This document shows positions 40,641 through 52,231 of a stretch of DNA of 64,000 nt, piece by piece; the first letter of the stretch is position 1; each line of letters begins with the position of its first letter. A program made the position numbers and the translations under genes. The stretch is from Patellaria atrata CBS 101060 (Eukaryota), in contig MU006094.1 in NCBI GenBank assembly GCA_010093705.1, forward strand, positions 967,550 to 1,031,549, read 5' to 3'. Under the pieces are notes generated by a model that saw only the letters and a list, made by a program, of their open reading frames with translations, was not told the origin of the DNA and did no database searches.

Positions 40641-40722
40641 TACCTATGATGAACATGTGATTTCAAATTAGATGTTAGACTTCCGAGCTCTATGTCTGCG
40701 GAAAACTTCACGTTCTGAACTT
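40641..40722 (+). ncRNA. snR58: box C/D snoRNA, snR58/SNORD104-like (guide for the LSU rRNA Cm663-equivalent)
   Basis: Box C ATGATGA at 40646-40652, D' CCGA at 40683-40686, box D CTGA at 40715-40718. Guide TAGATGTTAGACT (40669-40681) complements the LSU sequence AGUCUAACAUCUA as recalled for filamentous fungi. The D'+5 base pairs with the C of GGAGUC, yeast Cm663. Confidence 0.8.
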
Positions 40723-41177
40723 CCTCAATTCTTATCTCGTTCCCTGTCACGATTGGCATTCTCGACCTCTGTACGCTTACTGAACAACTACCGGCTGGTC
40801 TGTCACTCTTGGGGATTTTAGCGATCACTATTCTGTATGCTTAGAAGTCTTGAATATTCTCAGCTTTTATGTATAGCAAAATCGGCGAGGCTTTCATGGC
40901 TGGACGCACCGAAAAGATATCTATAGAGTGAGGTTACTTGTACGGCCGCGAGCTCCCGGACAGTATCTTCTTTCGCGCACATTAGATTTGGAGACAGCTT
41001 GAGGAGGTAGCGTACAGTGGGCAAAGAATGCCACCTTAGAGTGCGGGGTGACTTTATTGGATTCTATCTCCTGGCTTTTGCTTTTATCATGACCTCATAA
41101 AGCCTCTTGTTCGGATTTGAACTGACATCCAAAAGAGCTAGACAATATTTTCGATATTCCTATATTCCACTATCAAC

Positions 41178-43227
41178 ATGTGTGGCATCATTGCCGTCAT
41201 ACATGCGGATCCCAAGTCTTCTGCTGCTGTTGAAATCCACGATGCCTTGTACCTGCTTCAACACAGAGGGTCAGCAGCCAATTGAACCTGGAATAATTGA
41301 ACGTATACTGAGCTTTTAATATAGACAAGATGCATGCGGAATTGTAACTAACGGTGCTGGCGGAAAGTTCTTCCAATGTAAGGGAAACGGTATGGCGTCC
41401 AAAGTCTTCCATGACGGTGCTAGGGTCGCAGATCTTCCCGGTTGGATGGGTTTGGGACATCTTAGATATCCCACAGCTGGAAGTAGTGCCAATTCCGAGG
41501 CTCAGCCGTTCTATGTAAACAGTCCTTATGGTAAGTGGTAACGTCTCAATTGGTGATTTGACACTGACATTGAATAGGTATCTGTATGACACACGTAAGC
41601 AATCTACATATATACTCGATTCACCTTGTTCATTGGTAGTTTACTTTTACTAGAATGGGAATTTGATTAATGCGCCTGCACTACGTCGATTTCTTGACCA
41701 AGATTCTCATCGCCATATCAACACCGAAAGCGATAGTGAGCTTATGCTCAACATTTTTGCAAATGAGCTGAACGAGACTGGAAAAGCGCGAGTGAATGCA
41801 AATGACTGCTTTGCTGCCCTTGAGAGGATGTATAAACGATGCGTTGGTGGTTGGGCATGCACCGCTATGTTGGCCGGTATGCTACCACTTCAGGAAAACA
41901 ACTGTGTAATGTTTTACTTACTCTGCATTAGGTTTTGGTTTGATTGGTTTTCGTGATTCATATGGTATCCGCCCCATGGTTCTCGGCTGGAAACCTTCTG
42001 CGAGTGGATCTGGGAAAGATTACATGATGGCATCGGAATCAGTAGCTCTGGTCCAGTGTGGCTATAAGGAGTTCGTTGACATCAAACCCGGCCAAGCTGT
42101 GATAATTGAGAAAGGCAAAGAACCAGTTTTCCATCAGGTAGCGGAGCAACGCGCCTATACTCCGGACATCTTCGAATATGTTTATTTCGCCAGGCCTGAT
42201 TCAATAATTGATGGAATCGATGTGGACGAAAGTCGTCTTAACATGGGCAAGCTCCTAGCGAAAAAGGTTGAAGAACAACTCGGACCTGAAACTGTCGCAC
42301 AAATTGATTGTGTTATGCCTATCCCTGAGACCTCTATTACATCTGCGCTTGAGGTCGCGCAAGCGTTGAACAAACCTTATTGTCAAGGCTTTGTTAAGAA
42401 TCGATACATCTTCCGAACGTTCATCATGCCCACGCAGAAACTACGACAAAAAGGAGTCCGGGCAAAGTTAAACGCCATGCCAAAGAAATTCAAGGGCAAA
42501 AACATTCTACTCGTGGATGACAGCATTGTAAGAGGTAACACAAGCCGTGAAATCGTGCTGATGGCGCGTGAAGCTGGTGCGAAGAAAGTCTTTTTCTCGA
42601 GTTGCGCCCCTCCAATTACGTATGATACGTTGACCCTTAATTTATCCGGTTATTGACTAATGCGCTTATAGAAATGCACACATCTACGGCATTGATCTCG
42701 CATCATCTACTGAATTGATCGCTCACGGTCACCGTGACTCCCAAAGCATCTCCAAGATTATTGGTGCCGATGCAGTCATCTACCAGTCTCTTCAAGATCT
42801 AATCTCGGCATGCGCGAATGTAGAGTCTGGAAGTTCTCATCCAACCTCCTTTGAAGTCGGTGTCTTCTGTGGCAAATATGTTACCCCAGTTGATGATGGT
42901 TACTTCGAGCACCTCGAACAAGTTCGGGGCGAAAGGAAAAAGGAGAAAGTCCGCGAAGAAGCTAAAGAGGCTATCATGCACGGTGAATTTGGGGAAAGAG
43001 AACTCCGTATGGCTACGAAAGGTGTTGAAGTGGATCAATCCGGGAACGTTGTACCAGCTGATGGCGAGAACGGCGAGAATGGCGCTGCTTGGGTGAAACT
43101 GACGAGTCCTACCAGAGAACATGTTTCCGACGCAACGACAAATGGCGAGTCTCATGAAAATACCCATGGTATGAGGAAAGCTTCAACACAGGATGTGGGA
43201 TTGCACAATCTCAATGATCAAATGTAA
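41178..43227 (+). CDS. ADE4: amidophosphoribosyltransferase (PurF)
   Basis: MCGI N-terminus, [35 protein letters not shown]-binding [10 protein letters not shown] and HIYGIDL. Several short introns and a 17 nt micro-exon at about 41578-41594. Confidence 0.97.
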
Positions 43228-44051
43228 AAAGTAGGAGACCTATATTGAAATGAGCATGATGGCGTTGATTACTGGCAGCAGGATGATATCGGGTCCTAGA
43301 TGATATAGAGACACCTTAGTTCTATGAAAAGTGTTTCAAGTGATAATTTCCTTCTCTCTCGTGCACCTATATTAGATTTCTGTTCCTGATTTTGATCCCT
43401 CTTAAATTGAACCGATCTCTAGGTCCGTGCATGAAACCCCACGATCTAGTCATCTAGAGATCCAGATAGACGTCACCCCGCAGCTGATAGCTTGAACAAC
43501 CCCACGACGCACGACCCTCAATGTCTCTACTGCATAGTACAACAACTTCATACAAGTTTAGTTAGACCGATGATGGACGGCTTCCTAGATCAACTCCCCT
43601 CTTCCCACTTTCCAATCCCTTCCCTCCCCAGTCCTCCCATCCCTTCCCTAAGTATAACAGTTGGACTCTCGTACGCTCTTTCTTCAAACTATCTTCTATT
43701 CTATCTTATGGAAAAAAGGAAACGTACTTAGTGACTATTACACGTACAATCAACATTATCGTGAAGATATATTTATCGCGCACTTTCTCTTCAAGCTGTC
43801 TCCGACTCCACCGCACCAAGAAGGAGAGAAGTGAGCGTAGGAGGACTCGCAATCGTTCAAACTACACATAACATAAAAGTGGAGATATATCTCCCCAGTA
43901 CTCTTCTCACCAACCTCTCTCAAACCCCACCGTAACAGAAAGGAAAAGCCCTTCCAGGATCTCATAACCGTAAAATCGACGTGACCCTACCCCCTCCCTT
44001 TCGCCAACCTTCAAACCTTGCATTAGGATAATCCACACAATCAAATCGCCC

Positions 44052-45879
44052 ATGATGCCCTCCCCCGCAGCCCGCCTTCGCCACTTCTACAACTCCAAAA
44101 AACAACATGTCGTCCTATTCTCCTCGATCGCAATCGCCCTCTACGGCTACGACCAGGGCATGATGTCCCTGATCAACACAAACCACTCCTACCTCCGCAC
44201 CATGGGCATCGGCGCCGAGTCGCCCCTCGTCGGCATCATCGTCTCGGTCTACTACCTCGGCTGTGCCGCCGGCGCAGTCCTCTTCTCCTACTTTGCCGAC
44301 CGTCGCGGAAGGAAGCGCGCGATTTTCGCGTGTCTGGCCACTGCGAGCTTGGGGAACCTGATCATGTTCGTTGCGGGACTAGGTAGCCAGAGGGGAAGCG
44401 GGGCGCTGGCGACGATGCTACTGGGACGTGTGATTATGGGCCTAGGTGTCGGGGGTGTGGATAGCGTGATTCCGATATATAGTTCTGAACTTGCGGCAGA
44501 TGAGGCGCGCGGGAAGGCGCTGGCGCAGGAGTTCCAGATGAACATCTTCGGGCTCAACATGGCGTTTGGGATCAACCTGGGCGTGACGGTGGCGCTGGGG
44601 AAGGAGAGCCAGTGGGCGTGGAGGACCCCGATCGTGGTTATGCAGGCATATCCACTACTTTTGCTCGCGGCTATCGCGGTACTGCCCGAGAGCCCGCGGT
44701 GGCATATTTACCATGGACGCTTGGATGACGCGCGGAAGGCGTTGGAGAAGATTTATGGTGAGGATGCGAAGCAGGTCTTGGAAGAGATTGTGGAGAGTCA
44801 TGATAAGGAGGCGGATTTGCACGTGAGTTATTTGAATATGCTCACGCCGGGACATGCGCAATTTCATCCGACGGTTATCACGGTCATGGGACAAGTGAAT
44901 CAGGCTTTGACCGGGTATGGAGCGGTATCTGTTTATGGACCGCAGATATTCGAGGTAAGTTTTGAGTATTACCATTTTTTAGTCTCTGTACGCTTGCGGG
45001 GACGATTACTGGCGAGCTGTTACTTCCGCTGTATCCACTAAGCTCTCTAATTTGTACGGTCAAGACATACGTACGGCTGGATGTCATTTGAACGTATTTG
45101 ACTTTCCTGTACGAAAAGGTCGGAGACTACCTTGGAAGCGAGGGGAGCACAAAGCAAGCGAAGAGTCCTGTGAGAGAGGAAGAGTTATGATTTTGCTAAC
45201 TAAACCATAGCTACTTGGATTCGATGTCCGTACCGCAGAATACCTGACGATGGCAAACTACATATCCTACTTCATTCTCATGACCGGTGCATGGCTCTTA
45301 ATCGATGCTGTAGGACGTCGCAAGCTCCTGGTTGGTGGGAGTGTCGTACTAACCGCATGCTTCTTCCTACTCACGCTATTCAGCGCGCTCGCCATGCACA
45401 GCTACGACCTACACATCCCAACTATAGCCCCTGCCGTCCCAGGTATTGTGACGCTATTCGTAGCAACCGGCGCCTTCGGTATCGGATGGCTCGCAACGGT
45501 CTGGCTCATTCCCACCGAGATCTATCCCACAACGGCACGTGCTCAGGCAGCCGCGATCAGCGTCATCGTCTGGGGTCTTGCGAATTTTGCCATCACCCTA
45601 CTCTCTCCCATTATGTTCAATAATCTGTACTACTGGATATTCCTCATCTTCGGGGCGACAAACGCGTTTGCGGGATGGTGGACGTACATCTACGTTCCTG
45701 AGAGCGGTGGCCGGAGCTTCGAGGAGAACCAGGAGTTCTTCGTGACTGCTGCGCACGCGGGATCGTGGAATGTCAGGAAGGTGGATGGCGGTATCTTTAA
45801 GACGTTGCCGTATGGGGAAGCACATGAGCCGGCAGAACGCACACCGCTCCTCGAGAGAGTAGAGGATCAGATGCCTTGA
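44052..45879 (+). CDS. MFS sugar porter family transporter
   Basis: LYGYDQG, ADRRGRK, GRVIMGLGVG, PESPRW, IDAVGRR, PTEIYP and PESGG. Intron at about 44955-45210. Confidence 0.92.
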
Positions 45880-47012
45880 GCTGGAAAGCAGATGTGGAAT
45901 GCCTGGTCCTCGAATGATCTTATCTTTGTCCACCACAACAACATCCGTACTCAAGTCACGAGACGTATACGCATCGCACTAACCGAATCCTTGTTTAGGA
46001 TAGGGTCAAGTGGTAAGGTACTATACTATACAAGGACATTTGGACGGTAGGCTGTGCTCGACAGTCCTAGGGCAGAGATACAACCAGCCGAGATGGCTGC
46101 ATAACTACTATCCGGATGATGCGATCACGCAAACAATGGAGTCTTACCTATCAGGCTGTAAGCAGCTTGAACGCAATCTTTGGCTAGAGATATGGATAGG
46201 AACTGGTCTCGGTGTTGATAAGAGCCGTCCTTTGTGATTAAATCAGCAATACTGGAACAATGAGGAACAGGGCGTGAAAATGGCTTCTTTGAACCTTGAT
46301 CATGCAGATCAAATGTGTATAGATGTCGTTTGGTGCAAAAGAAATGATATTGGAGGTCTCTACCTTTTGTAATCAGAAGCGAAGAGCGAAGACGCGAAGC
46401 CGAAGAGTCGGCTACGGATGCTCAATGGAGCCGGTATCCGTACCGCACGGTGCAAATACCGAACCTTACTCAAGCTGTTATAGCGAAAATTATTCAGCAG
46501 ATGAGCTTTTTCGCGTGCTGGCCCTGGGGAGCTTCTTATTTTCAAAAATGCACATAGCAACAACAGCAAACTAGAAACTGTTATTTATTTAACCACTCTT
46601 CTGTTTCCTTGGATCCTTGATATTGCATTGCCTGGGACTTTTCACTTTGGACTCCCTGTTAGATTTACCTTTGAAGGTGCTTACGAAAGTTGGATCTCGG
46701 CACCCCGCTACTCATTCCCCGGACAAATTGAGTATCAAATAGCACACAAGTTTCCTGGTTTGTCCAACATTAACCTCGCAGAACTGTTGTACGCTCAAAC
46801 CAATACTTATTTGGAAGATCCCGTGCCCACAAGTTTGCGCTCTTCGCTCAAAAACTCTCTTTCTGAGTCTAAAAGTCCCTCGCGTGAGGATCGCAAGCAA
46901 TATACGTACCTAGACTATCAGATCCAAATCTTCGTACCTCCAACATTCCATTCGGAATACGTCATCAAACTATTAAAATCACGCCTACGTACTTCTATCC
47001 ATTTATACTGCA

Positions 47013-48266
47013 ATGGCGAGCGGCGAACTTAATATCGTCGTGCTGGGTGGCTCCGCGGCCGGCCTTGGGGTATCCCACTACCTCCTCAAGCACTATATAC
47101 CGAAGCTGCCAAAGGACAATGGTAGATACAAGATCATCCTAGTCAATCCTTCGGAAAAGTTCTTCTTCCGTATTGCATCTCCGCGCGCTTCTCTAGGAGA
47201 GAAACATATTCCGTCAGAAAAGTATCTTTTCGACCTCAAGGAAGGATTCAAGGAATACCCACCAGATAGCATTGATTTCGTCAAGGGTAAAGCGATTTCT
47301 CTCGAGTACGAGAGCTGCACTGTCACCGTCCAGGCCACAGATAGGTCCAATACTACCAGCCAAATCCCTTATTACGCTTTAGTGATTGCCACTGGAAGTC
47401 GAGCTCAGGAGTCATGGTACCACCAGAGCGGTACCACCGAAGAAGTCAAGGCTTCCTTTGCAGATTATCAAAACCGTGTCAAGGACGCAAAGAGTGTCAT
47501 AATCAGCGGTGGAGGACCTGTTGGAGTGGAGACTGCAGGAGAGTTAGGAGAGCTGAAGAATGGTTCGCCTGGTTGGTTCTCTTCTACACCGGCCCACAAG
47601 ACGACCGATATCACTCTTTACTCTGGAGGGGAGAGGCTTCTCCCGACTCTGCGTCCAGCTATTGGCCAAACAGCGGAGTTATTTCTCAGACGTCTTGGTG
47701 TTGACGTCGTACATGGCTTGCGGTTCACCTCGACCTCCAAAGCTGCCAATGGCAAGACTGTTGTCACCTTCTCTGACGGGTCTACTAAAGAGGTTGACAT
47801 CTTTATCAATGCTACTGGTGTCACCCCAAATTCGGAATGGCTGCCATCGGAGCTCCGTGATGCGAAGGGCTTCGTCAAGACTAACAAGCAGACACACCGT
47901 GTTGACGATGCCGGACCTCGCGTCTACGCAGTCGGGGATGTCTCAGGCGTCGGTAACCGCACGGCCATGTGCATAAATGATGCCGTCCCCGCCGCCTCAA
48001 CTAACATTGGGCGGGACTTGGAGGCCGCGGCCAAGGGTCTGGCTAAACCAGAGGGCCCGGATAGGATCTTCAAGTTGAACGAGAAGGAGACGATGGTCGT
48101 TCCCGTTGGAAAGAGCAAAGGTGTTGGCGCCTACAACGGAACCCGTCTCCCTAGCTTCGCGGTATGGTTGATTAAGGGTCGCGACTATCTGACAAGCTTA
48201 GCGGGCGGTACACTGGATGGATCTAGCTTTAAGAAAGAGTCGAAGTGGACTCCTGATGTCGTGTGA
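47013..48266 (+). CDS. AIF/AMID-like FAD-dependent pyridine nucleotide oxidoreductase
   Basis: Intronless ORF with IVVLGGSAAG, LVIATGS, IISGGGPVGVETAGE and VYAVGD. Confidence 0.9.
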   Translation: MASGELNIVVLGGSAAGLGVSHYLLKHYIPKLPKDNGRYKIILVNPSEKFFFRIASPRASLGEKHIPSEKYLFDLKEGFKEYPPDSIDFVKGKAISLEYESCTVTVQATDRSNTTSQIPYYALVIATGSRAQESWYHQSGTTEEVKASFADYQNRVKDAKSVIISGGGPVGVETAGELGELKNGSPGWFSSTPAHKTTDITLYSGGERLLPTLRPAIGQTAELFLRRLGVDVVHGLRFTSTSKAANGKTVVTFSDGSTKEVDIFINATGVTPNSEWLPSELRDAKGFVKTNKQTHRVDDAGPRVYAVGDVSGVGNRTAMCINDAVPAASTNIGRDLEAAAKGLAKPEGPDRIFKLNEKETMVVPVGKSKGVGAYNGTRLPSFAVWLIKGRDYLTSLAGGTLDGSSFKKESKWTPDVV

Positions 48267-48806
48267 GTTATTGGTGGGGCCAAATGAAGTGCTACAGTAT
48301 GATTGGCATTAGATACTATTTCGCTTGCATTTCCCCCAGCGACCGGAGTAATACCTGATTCGGCTGCTTGTTCGTTGTTGTGTGGATATAATACCCTGGG
48401 TAGGGAGTCTTGATTAAGAGTTGTGTTTAGTAGTCCTTATAATGGAAATTGTTTTATGATGAAAGTGTTGGTCCTTCATTACCGTGACAGCCCCCCCGTA
48501 CTATCCTATTGTACAGAATTGTACAGGTGAGGCAAAAGACGACCTAGGGTCCGCTGTACAGGATAAGGTAACTATGTGGTACATGTGAAGAGAAAGCCCT
48601 TCGACGGGACGATTATCTCTAAAGTTATAGGATGGCTGGAATGGTTTAATCATACTGAGCGTGTAATAAGCGGGGACAATCCCTGACGTCATACTCTAAC
48701 CTCTCGTCCCCTACTCCATACACCTAACCCAACTAACACTCCACCTCACGCGTCCAACACCAACAACGCGCAATTTTCGAGACATCCTTAACCACCACAT
48801 CCCACA

Positions 48807-50123
48807 ATGACAATGGGTTTCCGCACGCGCCGTATCTCCCTCTCCATCCTCGTCGCCCTCCTCGCCCCTCCCAAACCCAAACCCAAACCCAACGAAGCAG
48901 ACAAAAAGAAACCTGGTGTCTTGGCGCGCATCCTCGCATTCTTCTCCGTGTTTAAGCTTTCGTTGGAACGGTTTAGAGAGGAGCTGTTTGGGGAGTTGAG
49001 GAATGAGGTTTGGGGTATTGAGGAGGAGGGGTATGTGCGAAGTTTGAAGGGGACGGAGGGGACGGAGGGGGGAGCGAAGGGGAGTTTGAAGGGGCTTGGT
49101 GAGGGATTGAAACAGGCGGGAGATATGGGGTATTCGGGGAGTGTGAGTAGCGAGATTTTGTTATGTACTTGTGGGCAATGTACAGATCTATCGGACAGCA
49201 ACCTACAAGTTCTACACCAAACAGCGGGATACGGACAGCTCCAATAATCATGAGTGTTTCAGCTAACAAGATCATACTAGACCTTCTTCACCACACCCGA
49301 TTCGAAATACCTCATCAAATCCCTCCCACGTCCCTCCGAATACTCCTTCTTCAAAGACGACCTTCTCGATGCCTACGCCGCCCACATGAAAGCGAACCCA
49401 GACTCGTTCCTCGTACGCATCACCGACTTCCTACATTCACCTACCCCTTCGATAGGGATTCTCCTAGGCCTCACACCCTCCCACCACATCGTCATGGAAA
49501 ACATTCTCTACGGCAAAGCAGAGGGAGAGTGGGAAGGGGCCATCCGAGAAGGCGAATGGGAAACCTATGACCTCAAACCCATCGACTACTTCTACCCCGA
49601 ACGGGATCTCGCCGGCGGGCACCTAGCCAGCGATGCGGTGAAGGATAAACTGGTCGACAAGTTCGAAGACAAGGTCCGTCTCACTCGAGATGAAAAAGCG
49701 AAACTCGTCGCTCGGCTAGAGAAGGATACGGAGGTGTTGGCGAAGAGAAACGTCACGGATTACTCCCTCTTCTTGGTCCGCTATCCGAATCCCGAGGCTT
49801 CGGGGATCGTGGATGCGAGCGTACCGATCCCGCCGTCGAAGTGCCTGAGCGATTGGAGAAGGGGCGTCGTTAGCAGGGATGGGAAGTGGGTGTATAGGGC
49901 TCTCTTGTTGGACTTCTTTTGGGCGAAGCATAAATTGCAGCCAATTGCGATGACGGCATTGGTTAAGTCTTTTAATGTCCTTGGGGGGAAGAAGGTCGGG
50001 GGTGGGAGGATGAGCATCACGACTGAGCCGGGGGAGTATAGAGAGAGGTTCTTGGGGATGGTTGAGACAATTGTGGTCGGCGAGAGTGAGGATGAGAGTG
50101 AGGAGGGGGAACGAGAGGAGTAG
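48807..50123 (+). CDS. PIP5K-like (SAICAR synthase-like fold) phosphatidylinositol phosphate kinase family protein
   Basis: GDMGYSGS|TFFTTPDSKYLIKS across an intron at 49143-49280, then HIVMENIL, YDLKP, DYSLFL and LLDFF. Confidence 0.85.
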
Positions 50124-50615
50124 ATGGGTGAGAAGGGTGAATAAAGGAGGTGGGTGATTATTGACATGATACCCCTATAAGTACTTGATCTGTTCTTCTT
50201 TTCACCCCCGTCAAAGTCCTGACCAACTCCCTAAGTCTGTTCATTCAAGCACATCCCCGCTCGCAACCTACTACCCGCAAACTCACACTTGGCCATCAAT
50301 CCCCTCCCTAACCCGCGCTCTCTCTACCATACACGACCACGTATGTCCCGAACAGTCGTAACCCGTACGTTTCACCGATCCAAAATCCACACCAAGCTCC
50401 CAACCCATCCGTCGAAGCCACGAACAAACGTTCCTTTCCTCCAGCAGATCTCCACCAACCACCCTACACGCCTCATCCTAACCCCCACCCCTTCTAAAAA
50501 AAAAAAGGACAAAAAAATGGGAAGGGAAGGGAAGGGAAAGGGGGGGCCGGGGGTGGGAGGAGGGCGGGGCGGAGGGGTAGAGTAGGAGCGAGGTAGCTGA
50601 CTAATTAGGGGCACT

Positions 50616-50846
50616 TCACACCCTCCTCCACCGCCCCAGCTCCAGATCCCGGATCCGCTCCTCCCGGCGCTTTACCCGCGCTTCCAGCTCTCTGACCACT
50701 CGCTTCTGGAGCTCGAGCTCGTAGACCGTGGTGCGGAGGCGCCTTTCGAGGGAGGTGAGGTGGGCGGTGAGGTGTCTCGCTTCGGATAGGGAGGCGGTGA
50801 GGTGGGTGAGTATGGAGGCCGGGGCCGGGGTTGTGTGGGGTGACAT
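50616..50846 (-). CDS. small hypothetical coiled-coil protein (76 aa)
   Basis: ATG start, heptad-like LTSLERRLRTTVYELELQKRVVRELEARVKRREERIRDLE, and the same C-rich to G-rich polarity seen in nearby genes. Confidence 0.45.
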   Translation of the reverse strand: MSPHTTPAPASILTHLTASLSEARHLTAHLTSLERRLRTTVYELELQKRVVRELEARVKRREERIRDLELGRWRRV

Positions 50847-51864
50847 TGTGAGTTGGCTTTGCTGGGGGTGTGGGAGGTGGGTGAGGGTGAGGGGTTGGGG
50901 GGTGGTGGTGGCGAGGACTTAATGTTGATGTTGGATTGGATTAGGTTGGGTTGGGTGACGGTGGATTGAGGTGGATAAGAGAAGCAGTGCTTTTATGGGA
51001 GATTTGACTGTCTTCTGCTTCGTTTAGATAGACAAACGTTGATGGTTGGATTGGTGTTGGTCTTTGTACAAACTGTGTTGATGTCCCTGTTATAGTTGGT
51101 ATACCCAACCGGGCTTGTGTGCGGTTGCGGTTCGATTTATTATAACACTACATGTCCGACGTACAAAGTATGTTGACCCTCAAATGTTTGACCGATCGAG
51201 TTTGTAGTTAAAGCTCCTTTGTACTATAATGCGTCTGACAATGGACCACGGTAAGTAAGACAACAATACCACCCCCGTTATATAACGGTGAAAACCCTCC
51301 ATACTTGCTCCAATCGACTGCTCGATATACCTAAGGCGAAAACCTGTGGGTGTGCAGAAATCGTGATTGTGACAATTTCACCAGAGTATAAACAGGGGTG
51401 TTTGTATACACGTCCCCTGCTGTCCCTCCCACATTCGACATATGCAATAGGGGAGTAGTCGGCAGATTTTGGTCTGGAGCAGGAGATTTGTGCGCATTTC
51501 CTTGGCCGGGGACTCTGAGATGCGGTTGTGTGCGGTGGTGCTGGGGTCTGATGCTGGATAAATCACAGGAGAACTTGTGGAGCTTAGTTTGAGGGAGGGT
51601 ATTGGGATCAGATAGAGAGTGGAAACGTTGGGCAGCTGACGATAGACCAAAAGGAAGTGGAGAGAACTGTTATCTCCGCCTAAACGGTTATGACGCCATC
51701 AATATAAGGAATGGACCTCTTTAGGACATGGGGGATCTTAATACAATTAGAGTCACGGGTGTTCAACTGTTATGGGATTACTGATATTAAAGCAAAGCTT
51801 TTTATTCCAACTGTGAACTACTCAAGAGAACTACAGTGAGACCACTGTGTACATCCAAGAACCA

Positions 51865-52006
51865 CACACCATGAATGAGCAAGGGAAGTCCAGCCGATAT
51901 GACGGCTTTGAATGATGACAGAATCCAACTCCACACCATTGAAGAAGCAAAGGGAGTCTGACCGACATGATGGACTTGAATGAGGACAGGATTCAACTCC
52001 ACACCA
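51865..52006. repeat. degenerate tandem duplication, period 67-68 bp, about 2 copies
   Basis: cacacca recurs at 51865, 51932 and 52000. tgaatgatgacagaatccaactc aligns with tgaatgaggacaggattcaactc. Confidence 0.7.
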
Positions 52007-52231
52007 CAACTCCACCATTTTTGACTGAGAATTTTTTGAGGCACATCGTGTAGACAGTTATAGACGAGTTATGGTAACAGACTTGACCATAATGCCGTGC
52101 ATAGAAGTGTATGGAAGCACACCGGGGGAAACGAGCCAGAGACATGATATAGACCGATGATAGAGGCCGGATTCGAACGATGTTGAGGTTGCTAAAGAAC
52201 ACCGGTTGCACCGGAACTTCGCGTCAAAGGA

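Noticed and set aside
51912..51961. ATGATGA...CTGA as a second C/D snoRNA
   Set aside because: Only about 50 nt, no recognisable rRNA guide, and explained by the 67 bp duplication.
51865..52006. Spaced repeats as a CRISPR-like array
   Set aside because: Eukaryotic context, only two units, and the intervening sequences are themselves homologous, so this is a simple tandem duplication.
52150..52230. GTTCGAATC T-loop-like motif on the minus strand (possible tRNA)
   Set aside because: The flanks do not form a T stem or acceptor stem.
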